This document shows, one piece after another, positions 20,146 through 32,612 of a stretch of DNA of 51,909 nucleotides. Within the stretch, counting starts at the first letter, position 1. Every line of letters begins with the position of its first letter. Position numbers and translations under genes: made by a program. Under the pieces are notes generated by a model, which worked only from the letters and a program-made list of their open reading frames with translations, ran no database searches and was not told the origin of the DNA. Origin of the DNA: Craspedostauros australis (Eukaryota); contig JALAGF010006527.1 in assembly GCA_030167865.1 (NCBI GenBank), positions 1 through 51,909 on the forward strand, given 5' to 3'.

Positions 20146-22657
20146 GCAGTGGTGTGCACCAGTGCGTGTGTATTGCCACACTGCGACCCCATTCAGGGTT
20201 GGTTTCTCATTCGATACCTCATCTTGCCACGTGTTCTTGGCTTGGCCACTGAAATGAAGAACGCGGTGCGCAATCAATGTGCCCCAAGCAAACATGCATC
20301 GAGGAGCATAGCAGATCATGGCAGGGCACAGTACTCAACTCTGCTCTTCTCTGCTCTCGGGTTCATGCCTTTATGTCTTCAGATTTATAGAGCGAGAGTT
20401 GAGATTTATGATTCCTTGGTCCTGTCCTCTTGATACCCTCGGTATCTGCATCTTCATCTTCCGTTTGTGGCATGGACAGAAGCAGAGTACGAGGACTGTG
20501 TGTGAAACACAGGTCACACGAGTGTTTCCAACTCTGCGACTGGGTCAGGATGGGTGGAATTGTTGGTTGCTATCCATGCACAAGGCATCATGCCTGCCGG
20601 TTCCAGCCGGAGTGCGAGCAGAAGGAGACGGGAAGCTCTGCTGTGATCGCATGATTGCGCACGGGCTTGCCACGTGAGGCCAACTGTTAGGAAGCATGTG
20701 CTCATCCATGTCCCATCCACCATGCCGGATGCTGCATCTCCAACGGAGTAGACGACTGAGGATAGATAGCTTTACGACCTATGGACAGATTTACGCGAGA
20801 CTTCATCCCCTCTCTTCCATTCGTGACGATCTGTGCTTGAGGATGACATGAGGCAACAAAACTATCCATCGCCGGCAGAGGATACCCCCATCCTCATTGC
20901 GACGACGCAGAGTCTTCACGCATAGCCAGGCTGTTGCCTCACTCAACTTGGCAGTGTCGGTACAAACGACCAGTCGCTGATGCACATTTGTATTGACGAT
21001 AAGGAAGGCAAGAAGCACGTCCGGGCAGCCGCGGATAACCATCCATCAAGGTCATCTCGCGCGCCTCAATGGGTTGTCGCTGCGTCCTGCAATCCAGTCC
21101 AGTATGACGATCGATCCGATCGCAGCACCGATGAATGCAGGAGATCATCGGCGCCAATGTCAACAGGAATGGCCGTTTCATGCCAAAAGGATCAGTCTCT
21201 TTCGTTCATCCGCGCTGATCGATGGAATGACTTCGTAAGCTCGAATGATAGTTCATTTCACGAGCATTGGAGATGCATGAGCCGTGCATGAATTCCAGAA
21301 CCTCTGCCAAGCCTTGTTGCCGTTGCATGCGACGGCGCTTGAAGGCATCCAATCCTTCACGATCAAACTGTGCCATGCGGTGGAGTTGATCGTCGTCGGG
21401 CATGCGCAGGCACCAGTACCGATCCTTCCTCTCAGATTGTGATCACACCACGATTGTCTGGCGCTCTTGCTCATGCCATCCCGTCTCATCATTTCCGCCG
21501 CGGATGCCTGTCTGGGCGGCTCGGATGCGCGTTCATTCTTTTGTGTCGCGGGTTACGAGACGACGCTTTTTCGATACTGGTCAAGATGATGATGATGATA
21601 CTGGGCACCGTCCATTATTTTGCTGCTGATGCTGTTGCTAATGATGTTGATGTTGGCGACGTCTCCTCTCCCTTGCTTCTACCGAGTCGCCAGCGCTGTT
21701 TCTCCATCTCTCCCCTGTCTGTTCACTTCTTCGATGCGTGTCAACTTCCTCGCACCAGCTGGCACACCCAAACGGTTCGTTCATGCAGAAACCAAAATGG
21801 AGAACATTGCCAGAGAAAATGACACAGAGGAGAGACACGCATGTACTTTGTGCGAACTGGTGAGATGCGTGCTTACTGTTTGCGTCTGACCATCACCCGA
21901 TGTGCCATGCAATGTTGACTGGTATCACCGGAAAGTGCTGTGCGGAGTACCATGATTCCCAGGTTAGCGGTTGGTGATAATAATAGTCGTGTCGCTGTTG
22001 TCAAATCGTTAAGTGATGTTACTTATTAGATTTCTTCGCCGCATCAAGCGTATATAAGGTCCACGAACGCAATGTACACGAAGTTCTTCCATCATGGCTG
22101 GTCACCGGTAAACGTGTGTGAAGCGAAACAGCACAGGTGCGCGGCTTGCGACACACAGAATGCGCCAGTATCATCGCGGTGGCTGGTGGCGGTTGCTGAC
22201 TGGGCCCGAAGTCGCCTCTGTTGCGCACTGGTAAACGTGACCATGAGCAGACGTGGTCGGTCTTGTTTGGCACAGACCGATGCGAGGAACAGCGAAAATA
22301 GTGGAGAACGCACAGAGGTGCAGAGAAGCAGCGACAAGTGCGCACGCGTGATGGGGGAAATGCAGAGATGGTGACCACGAACACAGACACCAACACCAAC
22401 ACAGGGAATGGAGGAAGAGCATGACGGAACAGCGTGAGGGAAGAACAAAGGAAAAGAACGTCGATCCTGCGTACAGCCAAAACTGAGCAGAGAGGAAGAG
22501 CAACAGAGAGGTTTTTGATGCGCCAGCATCATCATCATCCGCTCATCCTTTCCTCACAAAACTAGCCAACTCACAAAAGCAAACAGCACATCATCCACAA
22601 TCTACTATCCACTATACCACTATACCACCACCACTCCTACTACCACATCATTAAAAC

Positions 22658-23368
22658 ATGCTTTGCACACAGTCCATGATGAACCCACCAGCTCTCGTCT
22701 TCCCAAGATTCGAGCCCATGCAATTTCCAGAAGAAGCTTCCGCAGCAACAACATCAGTTGATCAACCGCTGACCATGAGACAGCAGGTCGGCCAGAAGCG
22801 CCGCTTGGGCGACGCCATGCTCTTCGCCGCTCCATCCACACAGGCACCAAAGCAGCAGCAGCAACAACAGTCACCAGCCAAGAAGCTGAGACGAACCGTT
22901 GCCAAGAAGAGCGTCTCGTTCGCACCAGTTGTCATCGAATACAGTGACGCCGCATGCCAAAACAACAACTGCGACAACAGCAGCACGGACACAAAGACAA
23001 CAGCAACCACGCCATCCAGCACGTGGTACTCCACAATGGACCTGCACAGATGCCGACACGACGTCATCCGCACCGTCCAGATCTACAGCAAGCACAACGG
23101 CGACATCTCGCAGTACGAAGACATCTGCCTGCGCGGATTGGAGGGCCACCTCACGGCGCTCGTCTGCAAGGACTCGAAGAAGCGACGTCTGCGCCACCGC
23201 CACAACGTCCTGCAAGCGCAGCGACAGCTGTACATGATGTTCGATGTGAGCGCGGATGCGTCGGCCGAGATGCTCGGTCGTGTTTCTCACCAGAGTTCGG
23301 AACAGTCCCGACTCACCGCGCTCAAGAGGGGCTTCCTGGACACGCGCGGTTCGTCGATTTTGTTCTGA
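22658..23368 (+). CDS. Diatom-type hypothetical protein (KSVSF...WYS...CLRGLE family), 236 aa
   Basis: Intact ORF with the KKSVSF / WYS / ICLRGLE / VLQAQ / S..S...A..RG..D pattern that recurs in diatom hypothetical proteins. Confidence 0.8.
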   Translation: MLCTQSMMNPPALVFPRFEPMQFPEEASAATTSVDQPLTMRQQVGQKRRLGDAMLFAAPSTQAPKQQQQQQSPAKKLRRTVAKKSVSFAPVVIEYSDAACQNNNCDNSSTDTKTTATTPSSTWYSTMDLHRCRHDVIRTVQIYSKHNGDISQYEDICLRGLEGHLTALVCKDSKKRRLRHRHNVLQAQRQLYMMFDVSADASAEMLGRVSHQSSEQSRLTALKRGFLDTRGSSILF

Positions 23369-24064
23369 GCATCCGAGTTCTGGCGTGGATCGTGCAAACA
23401 GAGTATCCGGAGGCAGCATCGCGCCACGAACGATCCCAATCAACACGCGCGTGAACCCGTACCACACGAGTCGCATGGCAGCGTGAAAAGGAATGCACCA
23501 AACATGAGTTAACGATTAACACAGCGCAAAGCATTCCACCATACGATTAGAAACCAAACAGAAACACACGACCCTGTCTTCGCCATTCTCTGCATGATGA
23601 TGCCGATAGAAGCCTTGTGTAATAATAGAATGGAACAGCACGGAGCGACAAGACGTGCATCTCGACAAGTCAACACCAACAACCCTCTCACTCTCTAGTT
23701 TGCCAACGCGTAACATATCTTCAGTCACGTGTTTCTGAATCACTGTTGGTTCGAATGGATTAGTCCAGCGAGTCGTCAAACAAGAAGAACACGAACAGAA
23801 TCAAGAACCCACAAGAAACGTGACACACGACTCACTCGCCGCAGAATTACGTGCCAAAAAGAACACCTTGCGCTTCAATTCCTCCACGACATCACCGTTG
23901 TCATCATCATCATCATCATCATCGTCATCGCTGGTGGCGCCATTGTTCCCACACTCTGCAACAAGCACAGCAAGACACTCTCCAGAATTGCGACAATCGA
24001 CGCATTTGACGACGCTTCCGCAGTTCGGAACAAAGAGAGAAGCAGAGAAAAGACGAGAGCAACG

Positions 24065-26536
24065 ATGATGTTGAAAGACAGCAGGACTGTGGACAGTCTG
24101 ATTCGGGTCTTGACGAGGGCCTTCACCTTTCCGTCTTCCACGTCTTCTTCGGTCTCGTCCTCGCAATCAGCTCCTTCTTCGCCTTCGCAGAAGCCACCAT
24201 CCAACGAGCATGATGCATCAACGGTATCAACATCGCCCGTCCACACGGATCTGATCAGCACGTTGCGATTCCGCATGCTGACGGAGACATCGGGTTCGAT
24301 GGTCGTCTGGGGGCCGTTGCTCATCCTCGAGCAGCAACCCGACTCACCGTGGGCGACGGCGGCGGCCGCAGGTGGCACCACGCAGAGACTGTCGGGCTGG
24401 TCGACAAAGTCGTCGTCATCGCCGTCGCCCGCCGCCATCATGATGAAGAAGACCTTCCAGACCGTCTTTCAGAACTGCTCCATCCATTGGTCGTGGGAGG
24501 ATGCGATCGACGACGCGTCTGCCTCCATGTGCCTCTTGACGTTGCTCAGCACGTCTGGATACGTCGGTTTGATCGATCCGGGCACCGTCGCTGGCAAATC
24601 AACCGACGATGGATGCAAAGTGACGTTTCAAAAGTTCCAGCTCACCTTGGAACAGACCAACATGTCATCGGTCGTGAACAATCCATCAGGCAACAGCAAC
24701 AACACCAACAGCAAGCCTCAATCGCACATCAAGGCGTTCTGCAAGTTCGATGCGGTGCATGGCTTTGACCGCATTTGGCACAACCTCGTTCTCTCCACTT
24801 CATTGGAAGCGACAGACATGATACCATCGACATCATCCACATCGGCCATCAAATTCCGCTTCTGCGATCTGCAAGTCTCCTGCCCACTCATGGACATCGA
24901 CGGCGCGGCTGCTGCGCGCATGATGAAGCACGAGACCACGACGCAACAAGACTTGTTCCTCGCGAGATGGTTGTCGTGGCTGCACCGCGTCGCGACGCCC
25001 GACGGAACGATCCAATCGCCTTCTGCCAGCACGCTGCAAATTGACATGATCACAAAGAATGGCAGTGTCGAGGATTCCAAGCTCTACGTGCCGCTCTTTC
25101 CGCAGTACGGTACGGATCAAGACAGGAGCGACGCGGTCGGTACTGCGAACACGACGAACGAAAACAGCAACAACAGCAACTCCAACGCTGTCGACAGCGA
25201 ATCGAAATCCAATCCAAATACGACGGACAATGAGACACCGGCGTGCAGAGATCCGCTCAAATTGGAAGGAGGCGTGCAGACGCTGGGCGACGTCTTTCGC
25301 ATTTATCACAATGCATCGCAAGATGCTTTGTTCCAAGTCCCCGCCTTCAATCCCAATCTATCCAGCAACGACAGCAGCCGTCTGCAACGCTGGAGCTCAT
25401 CCTTCCGGCAGTCGGTATCCGATTCGTTGGCCATTACAGCGGGCTGCGTGGCGACCGGTGCCAGCTTCGTCACGCCCGTCGGCATGGCAGTGTCCGTGGC
25501 GACCGTGGCCCTCAAAGACACCTTGGTCGATGCGTCGCAAAAGGGCAAGGAGGCGCGTGGCGCAGACACCAAGCAAGGCTATAAGGTATGTCGAATCATG
25601 GTGTGGTGTGCTATGTTGTTTTGCGCAACATACTTGCAGGGTTCCACAAACCTCCATGCGGTACCAGACTCACCCATATCACTCGTCTCCACCACCCATT
25701 TCATTTGCACATCTCTCTTCTTGCCACACCATCAGCTCGGCGACATCTCCCGCGGCATCTCCACACGCGTGCAACAACAAAAGGAACGTTCCGAACGCAA
25801 AGCATCATGCCGCGATATCGGATCCGAAATCTTCGATGAGGCCGAACCCGACGAAGCCGCACGTATTGCACAAGAAGCCGAAGCGCTGCGCGAACAGGAC
25901 AAGGCGCTTGAAAAGGTGGAGGAAGAATCCTGGAAGGAACGCAGCAGCCGGTACGCCGGTGTCGTGGGATCCGGTGTCGGTGCGGCTGCGGGCATGGCGA
26001 TCGCTGGTCCCGTCGGGATCGTGGCCGGTTCGGTGCTGGGCGGCGTCGCAGGATCGAGGACCATGAAGCAGCAGCAAGAGGAGAAGGAAGATACCAATGA
26101 AGAGAAGAAGGAGGCACAGAGCAACATGAGCAAGGTCGGTATGGGTGTCGGCGCAGTGGCGGCCGCGGGCTTGGTGCTGGGTGCACCCCTCGCGTTGGCT
26201 GCTGGATCCATCGTTGCAGGATCCATGGCCGTATCCCAGCTGGCATCGTCCGATCCCAAGGCAACAAAAGAAGAAGCGCCACCCCAAATGGAGATGGAGG
26301 CGGCACCAGCAACACAAGCACCAGCAACACAAGCACCAGCAACGCAGGCACCAGCAACCCAGGCACCACCACCAAACAGCAACGACGACACCGAAATCAA
26401 GCCGAAAGCCAAACCTTATCGATTTGGTGACTTCACACGACGGATCGTGAGCAAAGGTAAAGAATCCGACGGCCGCGCATCCAACGGCGGATACAAATTC
26501 GGTGACTTCACGCGCGGTCTACTCAGCAAGAAGTAA
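24065..26536 (+). CDS. Hypothetical membrane-associated protein with glycine-zipper helices and Y(K/R)(F/L)GD repeats; intron 25586-25735
   Basis: Long ORF. AAG|GTATGT...CATCAG|CTC removes 150 nt of non-coding-looking sequence and joins GYK|LGDISRG. Three Gly/Ala-rich hydrophobic segments. Confidence 0.8.
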   Translation: MMLKDSRTVDSLIRVLTRAFTFPSSTSSSVSSSQSAPSSPSQKPPSNEHDASTVSTSPVHTDLISTLRFRMLTETSGSMVVWGPLLILEQQPDSPWATAAAAGGTTQRLSGWSTKSSSSPSPAAIMMKKTFQTVFQNCSIHWSWEDAIDDASASMCLLTLLSTSGYVGLIDPGTVAGKSTDDGCKVTFQKFQLTLEQTNMSSVVNNPSGNSNNTNSKPQSHIKAFCKFDAVHGFDRIWHNLVLSTSLEATDMIPSTSSTSAIKFRFCDLQVSCPLMDIDGAAAARMMKHETTTQQDLFLARWLSWLHRVATPDGTIQSPSASTLQIDMITKNGSVEDSKLYVPLFPQYGTDQDRSDAVGTANTTNENSNNSNSNAVDSESKSNPNTTDNETPACRDPLKLEGGVQTLGDVFRIYHNASQDALFQVPAFNPNLSSNDSSRLQRWSSSFRQSVSDSLAITAGCVATGASFVTPVGMAVSVATVALKDTLVDASQKGKEARGADTKQGYKVCRIMVWCAMLFCATYLQGSTNLHAVPDSPISLVSTTHFICTSLFLPHHQLGDISRGISTRVQQQKERSERKASCRDIGSEIFDEAEPDEAARIAQEAEALREQDKALEKVEEESWKERSSRYAGVVGSGVGAAAGMAIAGPVGIVAGSVLGGVAGSRTMKQQQEEKEDTNEEKKEAQSNMSKVGMGVGAVAAAGLVLGAPLALAAGSIVAGSMAVSQLASSDPKATKEEAPPQMEMEAAPATQAPATQAPATQAPATQAPPPNSNDDTEIKPKAKPYRFGDFTRRIVSKGKESDGRASNGGYKFGDFTRGLLSKK
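26303..26362 (+). repeat. 15-nt coding tandem repeat (APATQ x4)
   Basis: GCACCAGCAAC(A/G/C)CA(A/G) four times. Confidence 0.9.
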
Positions 26537-26574
26537 ATTCGCGTTGGTTTCCTATCATTTAAGTACAATGTCAA

Positions 26575-29150
26575 TTACTCCGCATCAACGGACTCGTCCG
26601 CACTTGGCATCAAGGCCTCCAAGGCCTTGTCCAGCGTGTTTGCAATCTGCCGCGCCGTCGGTCGCTCCTTGGGATGGAAGGAATAGCATTGGAGCATGAC
26701 GTCGCGGATGGCGATGACCTCGGCTTCTTGCGAGTTGACGATGTCCTCCGGGATGAATGGCAGGACCCCACGTTGCACCTTGTCGTTAATCTCCTCCTTC
26801 TCCGGCTTGCCACCGGGCTCGAGCTTGTTCCATGGCTGGTGGCCACAGATCAAACGGAAGAAGATATGTCCCATGGAGAAGATGTCCACCTTCTCCGTCA
26901 GATGCTGCTCGCTCCTCGCCTCCTCCGGCGATCTCCACTGCGGATTCGGGTACTGCGTTGGGAAGCCGCATGGTTCCTCCGACGTCGTGTTCCATCTGCG
27001 GATGATGCCAATGTTGAAATCGTTCAATTTGAGCGTGCCACCGACGCTGACGACGTTGGCCGGGTTGATGTCGAGATGCACGAAGGTTGGGTTTTCGTCG
27101 CCGTCAATGCCGTGCACATCAGCGAGTCCGTGCGCGATATCGCGCGCAATCTTGAGCCGTTCCAACGGTACCTTCTTGGCCTTGTCGGCCAACTGCCCCA
27201 CGCTGGCTCCATCAGCGAATTCAGTCATGACGGAGTGCCCGCAGAAACCAAAGATGTCAATCACGTGGTCCGATGATGTGAGGCGTTCCATGGCGACAGC
27301 GTCGACACGGTCATGCTCAAAGTGCGCATCCTCAAAGTTGTGCATGTACCTGTCACATGAATGAAAAACAGAAAAAGCAAACGTGTGAGTCTCACCACAA
27401 TGATCCATCCATTCATGCATGCATGCATTCAACAACAACAGCGCCCATTCCAAACTCACCTGAGAGTCTTGAGAACGACCGTATCCACATCTTCCTCGCC
27501 CAACAAATCCAACCGCCAGGCATTTCTCCAGAATCCCTTCGTTCCAAAGAGGCGGAATTCCTCGCCGCTGGATGCACCCATCGAATCCAGCTGGAGTTCG
27601 TGCATGCCGTTGCAGGAGGGGTGGAACGTCGTCTGCCATTCCTGCATCGGGACGCATTCTCCCTCCGAGTAGGGGCTGCGCATCTCCATCGTCGAGAGAC
27701 GTTCATCGTCGGAATCGAAGAATGGGTAATACTGCGTGTTGTCGGTGAAATCCGCGGGGTAGATCGTGATCTCGCGCGGGTCTGGCAGAGACTCGCCATT
27801 GGCATTGCTGAACGCAACGACGCGACGGCCATGCGACTTGCCGTGGGAGTACATGCCGGCATCGAAGGTATCGAAGGTTGACTGCTCCGGTGCTTCGAGC
27901 GATGGTGGCACCGCAACTGGGAGCGACCCGAGAATAACGGGGACAACCTTCGGTGCTGGCTTCTCCTTCTTCTTCTTGTCCTTTTTCTTATCCTTTGTCT
28001 TTTCCTTCTTCTTTTCTTTCTTCTCCTTCTTCTTGTGCTGCTGCTTCTCCTTCTCTGGCGCGGGCTTGGCGCCGTGATTGGCGCGATGTGTGCGGCTCTG
28101 CACGAGCATGCCACGCAATCCACTTTCGGAATGCATGAGGTTGTTGCGCTGCGGTTGAATGACGGGAGGGGCCATGGCGAGCTCCATCGCATCGGGGTAT
28201 AGCGCCTCCTTGGTGATGGTGGTGTTGGTGGAGATGAGCATGGTGGAGGAGGTGACGGCAGCGACGAAGAGCGTCCAGAGCATGAGCTGCAGTCCGCTGA
28301 GGCGCTTCTTGAACACGGTGGCGTTGGATAGCGATGACGCGGACGACGTGGCGGGAGATGGAAGCGGCGAGACCATGTGACGCGACCTGCGCTTGTTCCT
28401 GGATCGTTCCGAGCTGAAGTGGCTGGTGCCTTCGCCCCTGGAGCTCTCGGAGCTGTTGTCGGTGAATGGCGTCGACACGTGCAGATGCGGATCGTAGCCA
28501 GCGGACTTTTGCGAGGAGTAGTGCATGCGGTTGGATTGGAAGGAGCTGTGGAAGGCCTCGTCCGGATGGTAGGAATGCTTCATCCTGCGGCCTCGGGAGG
28601 AAGTCGAGGACAGGGACTTCATGCTGCCCGTGCTTCCATCGCGTCGTCGCACTCCCCTTCGCGGCTTTGGGGTTGTGAACTCCACGGACAGATCGCGGCT
28701 GTTGTCGTAGGGATGATACTGCTGCTGTTGCAACTGTTGCTGTTGCAATTGCTGCTGCGGATACTGCTGCTGCTCCTGCGGATGATGGGCAGCGTTGGCG
28801 AGCGAGAACAGATGGGTCTCCGAATGCTCATTCTCTCCCAAGTAGCCCTGCTGCAGATCGGAGAGCCCCCGGTCGCAGAAGGGCGATTGCCTCTGCCGCG
28901 AGGCTGCGTACGATGCGGAGGTCGCCGTGGAAACGCTCTCCTGAGGCGACATGACCATCATCGGCGGGTCGGGTCCGTGGTTGCTTCCGCTTCCGCTGCT
29001 GCTGCTGCTGTTGAGGTTGGAGACATGCTCGTCGTCATCGAGACACGCATCGCCTTCCGTGTTGTGGGGCGTGGTGGTGATGCCCGGAACCACGATCAAC
29101 GGGACTCTGCCGAGGCTCCATTGTCTGTCGTTGCGTTTTGGGTTCGCCAT
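26575..29150 (-). CDS. Type-II membrane protein kinase, PKDCC/VLK-like; exons 29150-27460 and 27349-26575
   Basis: Intron 27459-27350 (AG|GTGAGT...GACAG|G) joins two track ORFs in frame. Kinase motifs GTKGFWRNAW, VVLKTLR, AMERL, HLDINPAN, KLNDFN, WRSPEE, EKVDIFSMG, ERPTA. Hydrophobic LQLMLWTLFVAAV upstream of the kinase domain. Confidence 0.88.
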
Positions 29151-32057
29151 TGTCAACGTGCTCAATTGCTTTGCTATTGCTGTGTTTGCTATTGCTATTG
29201 CTCTACTGCCGATTTGTGAGCAATCGAATGGCTGATTCGATGGCTAATTCGATGGAGGAATGGATTGAACGATGCTGCGGCTGGTCTGCTGCTTGTCGCC
29301 AACCACTCTGAACAGAGAGGCGCGTGTGTCTCCTGAGCTGGAAACTGTGGGTTCTGATCGTTGGACCACTCAAATGGCGCGCAATTCTGCGACTCTGTCT
29401 TGAGCGCTTGAGAGTGGATGCAGAAGAGGAGTAAGAGTAAGAGCAAAGTAAAGCACTCTGTGTCTGTCTCTCTCTCTTTCTTCTTCTTTCTCTCTTGGTC
29501 TTGGTATCGCGGTCGGAAACAGCGTCAACGGTATGTGCTGTTCTTGTTGGTGGGTGTCCACTTTGGTCTCTTTCGATAATACTGTGATGACAGGGACGCT
29601 TTCGTTGACTTCACAAAGTATGGGCAGTGATGGCACGTTGGGTTGTTCGGAGCCTTCTCCACGATGGGGTTCGTCTCGCTCTGCTTGGAAGCGGGGCAAC
29701 TGCTTTTCTGCCTTTCCGTGTTGCGTTTCTTGCCTGGTCTTGTTTCGTGCCTCGTCGTTCGGCGGGTCGGTTGTGTTTGCTCTGAGGAATCCGAATAACG
29801 GCAACCAACCGAGAAATTGCGCAACAGACGCAAGTGCCAGCCATGCCGGCGCGTTGGCTTGCCATTCTTGGGGTCTGTCTGGCGCTATTTTCGTATTCAA
29901 CCGCAACAATACCATTGCATGTGCCGCCAACAAAAATTGTCCATACAGGCCGCAACCAAATAACGGAACGATCGACACAAACCAACCAAATTTGTGATGT
30001 CACGGTCACAACGAGCGCGCAAGCGCGTGTCACATAGGCAACCACGAATCAAGAGGTATCTTGTGCAACGGAAATTCCAAAAACCCAACAAAAATTGGTG
30101 GGATGGGTCCTCACATTTTCGGATGCACGAGTGCGTTACCACGATCGGTGAAGGGGTGTTGGCATCAACAAACACGGAGATGTGGAGTGCGTGTTGTCTG
30201 CCATTCGTTAGTCACAGCAAACGACGCTGGTGGCAGCAGGTGCAGAGCAGTCGTATCGGCACGTGTCCACGGCCATGTTCTCGTCTGTATGTCGGTATCT
30301 CGTTATGGTGCTATACGTATTATGTGTGAATCCTTTCGTGAATATGAGTGAGTGTCTCGTGAGGTTCCTTCTTCCGCCAAGACGTCCAGAACAAATGCGT
30401 GTGGATGTGATTCGTGCCTGATGCTCTGGTTCGTGATGCGGAGACGTTGGTCATTCGTAGTCGTACATACCCCGCAACTCGTAACGGAGCAGGTGATGGA
30501 GTTTCGCAAACACCTTCATCTCGGATGAGAGCAGAAGGCTGCTTCCGACACGCTCGGATCTCACATCTTGTTGGCATCTTGCTTCTGTCATCGTTGCATC
30601 TTCATTGCAGCGTGTGATTCTCCTTGTCACGAGTCGAAGTGCGCAGATTGCCACGTGGAGTGTGGACTGCAATGCTGCGGATGCCTTCGACACTATCGCT
30701 GCTGTATTCCAGGAGGGAGCCAGCGATGGAGCGTCGTATCCAACGAATACGATGATGATGATGCTGTGTGTACGTGGATTTGGGACAGACTTACTTCACG
30801 TTCGCAAATCCTCTCTCTCTCTCTGGACAAAAGTGTAGAGTAGTGTTGTGTTGTGTTGTGTTGCAGCTCGATTGGCCATCTGCCATGCCGCACAACAACA
30901 AAAGTGCCCGCCGACCCATGACGATGGCTCGCCTGCCGCTGCGCCCATGTCACGGCGGAAAAATCGAAACGGACTCCGCTGAATTTGTCTTCCGTAAGAA
31001 CTTCCCACGACAGTCGTCATACCGTTTTTGGTCGCGACATGGCGAAACGATGACGGTCCTGTTCAAATTGAGGAGGGCGTGCTTCAGCATTTGGCGGCGG
31101 CATCTTCCGTCGCCGCGTGATGCCTGCAGCCGGCCAATGCACATTGTGACTCTTTGTGACCAAGGCGTGTGCAAATACAAGCACTATACTATATCACATA
31201 TTCTATTATATAATCTACTATATACTACTAGTAGGTCGTACTCTATCACATTACCCATTGCATAACACAAACAAAATCAACCATCGCATTCTGTGCCAAG
31301 GAAGTCACATCACTCAGCTTTCTCCTGCGCTGAGGGAGGTTGGAGGGGGATGGGGTTGGTTGATCATGCAGAGTGAAGGCCCAAGCGCTAAAATCTTCAA
31401 GTCAGCGTTGGCGTTTGCCTTTGATGCTCTCATTAGGTTCCTAAAGTTGGCTTGTGCAATAGTGCTCTCCTCGAATTCTTGATGTCTCCACACGAGTATA
31501 GTACGCATGTAAGGTTCATCTTCCACTACACTACATTACATTACACTACATTCATGCTGTGCTTCTTTTCATCGACGTGATGAAACCTGTCACTCCACCA
31601 TCCTCAGCATCGCCAGCCATGGACCTCAGAGCTCATGTCGTGCTCGCATGAGACATGGTCCACACGTGTTGCCGCACTGTATCCCTGCATCACCATCGCC
31701 TTCATTGCTCTCTCGCGTTCCTCACCGCTGGGCTTATCACTGCCCGGAGAATGCGCATGCGTAGATCGTAACATTCCTCCACGCCAGCACAGCACAACAT
31801 TCATCACACAGAACGCATGCTGGATGCACACATGTCCAGCTAGCGCCTTGCATTCAGAGAGTCTGCGACATTTCTCACCATCTTCCATCGTATAATATCA
31901 CGTGCCGTAGATCTTCCAATCCGCGCCCAAACGAGTGCGCATCGGTAGCATTGGGTCTCGCTTGTGACGCGATGCTACACCGCATTGTGCCGGATTCAGG
32001 CAGACGGGTACACATACACATACACATATGTACTGCAGCTGTTCCAAATCGTTGACG

Positions 32058-32612
32058 TTACATGCGGTCCGCCATGGACTGTGTCTCTGGCACATTCAGC
32101 GCGCGCAGAATGAGCTTCATGTCGCCCTTCAATTCCGCCACCTCGCTGCGCAATGCCTGCACCTCCTGCAACGTCATCTCGGTGCGCTTGATCTGGCCCG
32201 TGTCACCGCGCGCCTTCATGCGCTTCTTGAGCTCGGCCACGATCTGCACCACGCGCTCGGTTTCGCAGCCGCTGCCGATGTAGATCGGCATGTTGCCCGT
32301 CAGACCGGACGAGACGCCGGTGCAGCAAAAGCAGTGGTGCTGGTCGACGCTGCCTAGCTCGCCGTAGGGGCGGCGAGTGTCGATGTTGCAGAAGGGCTGG
32401 CAGTTGATGTTGAGCACGGCCTCCTCCGATTCCAAAGTCATGGTCTTCTTGCCCATTAGGCCTGGGGCGAAGACCAAACAGTGGAATGGGCACGTGAGGC
32501 AGAGGCAGGTCTGGCAGCCGGAGTCGGTGACATCGTACTCCTGGACATCGAACTGGGTTTGCGGCATTGGTGTCGCATTGACAGGGTCGGCGAGGGTGTC
32601 AGAGTATCCCAT
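32058..32612 (-). CDS. Conserved hypothetical Cys-rich protein with C-terminal coiled coil, 184 aa
   Basis: GC3-rich ORF; YDVT..C..C, RRPYGELGSVD..CFCC, GC....V..IV.ELK.R...RGD motifs. Confidence 0.8.
   Translation of the reverse strand: MGYSDTLADPVNATPMPQTQFDVQEYDVTDSGCQTCLCLTCPFHCLVFAPGLMGKKTMTLESEEAVLNINCQPFCNIDTRRPYGELGSVDQHHCFCCTGVSSGLTGNMPIYIGSGCETERVVQIVAELKKRMKARGDTGQIKRTEMTLQEVQALRSEVAELKGDMKLILRALNVPETQSMADRM

Noticed and set aside
20400..21850. Short coding-looking fragments on the minus strand (e.g. MPDDDQLHRMAQFD...)
   Set aside because: Stops in the frames examined and no recognisable family; could be a decayed gene but cannot be supported.
29370..31900. Several 60-200 aa ORFs on both strands
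   Set aside because: No motifs or consistent coding bias, and no convincing splice model could be built.
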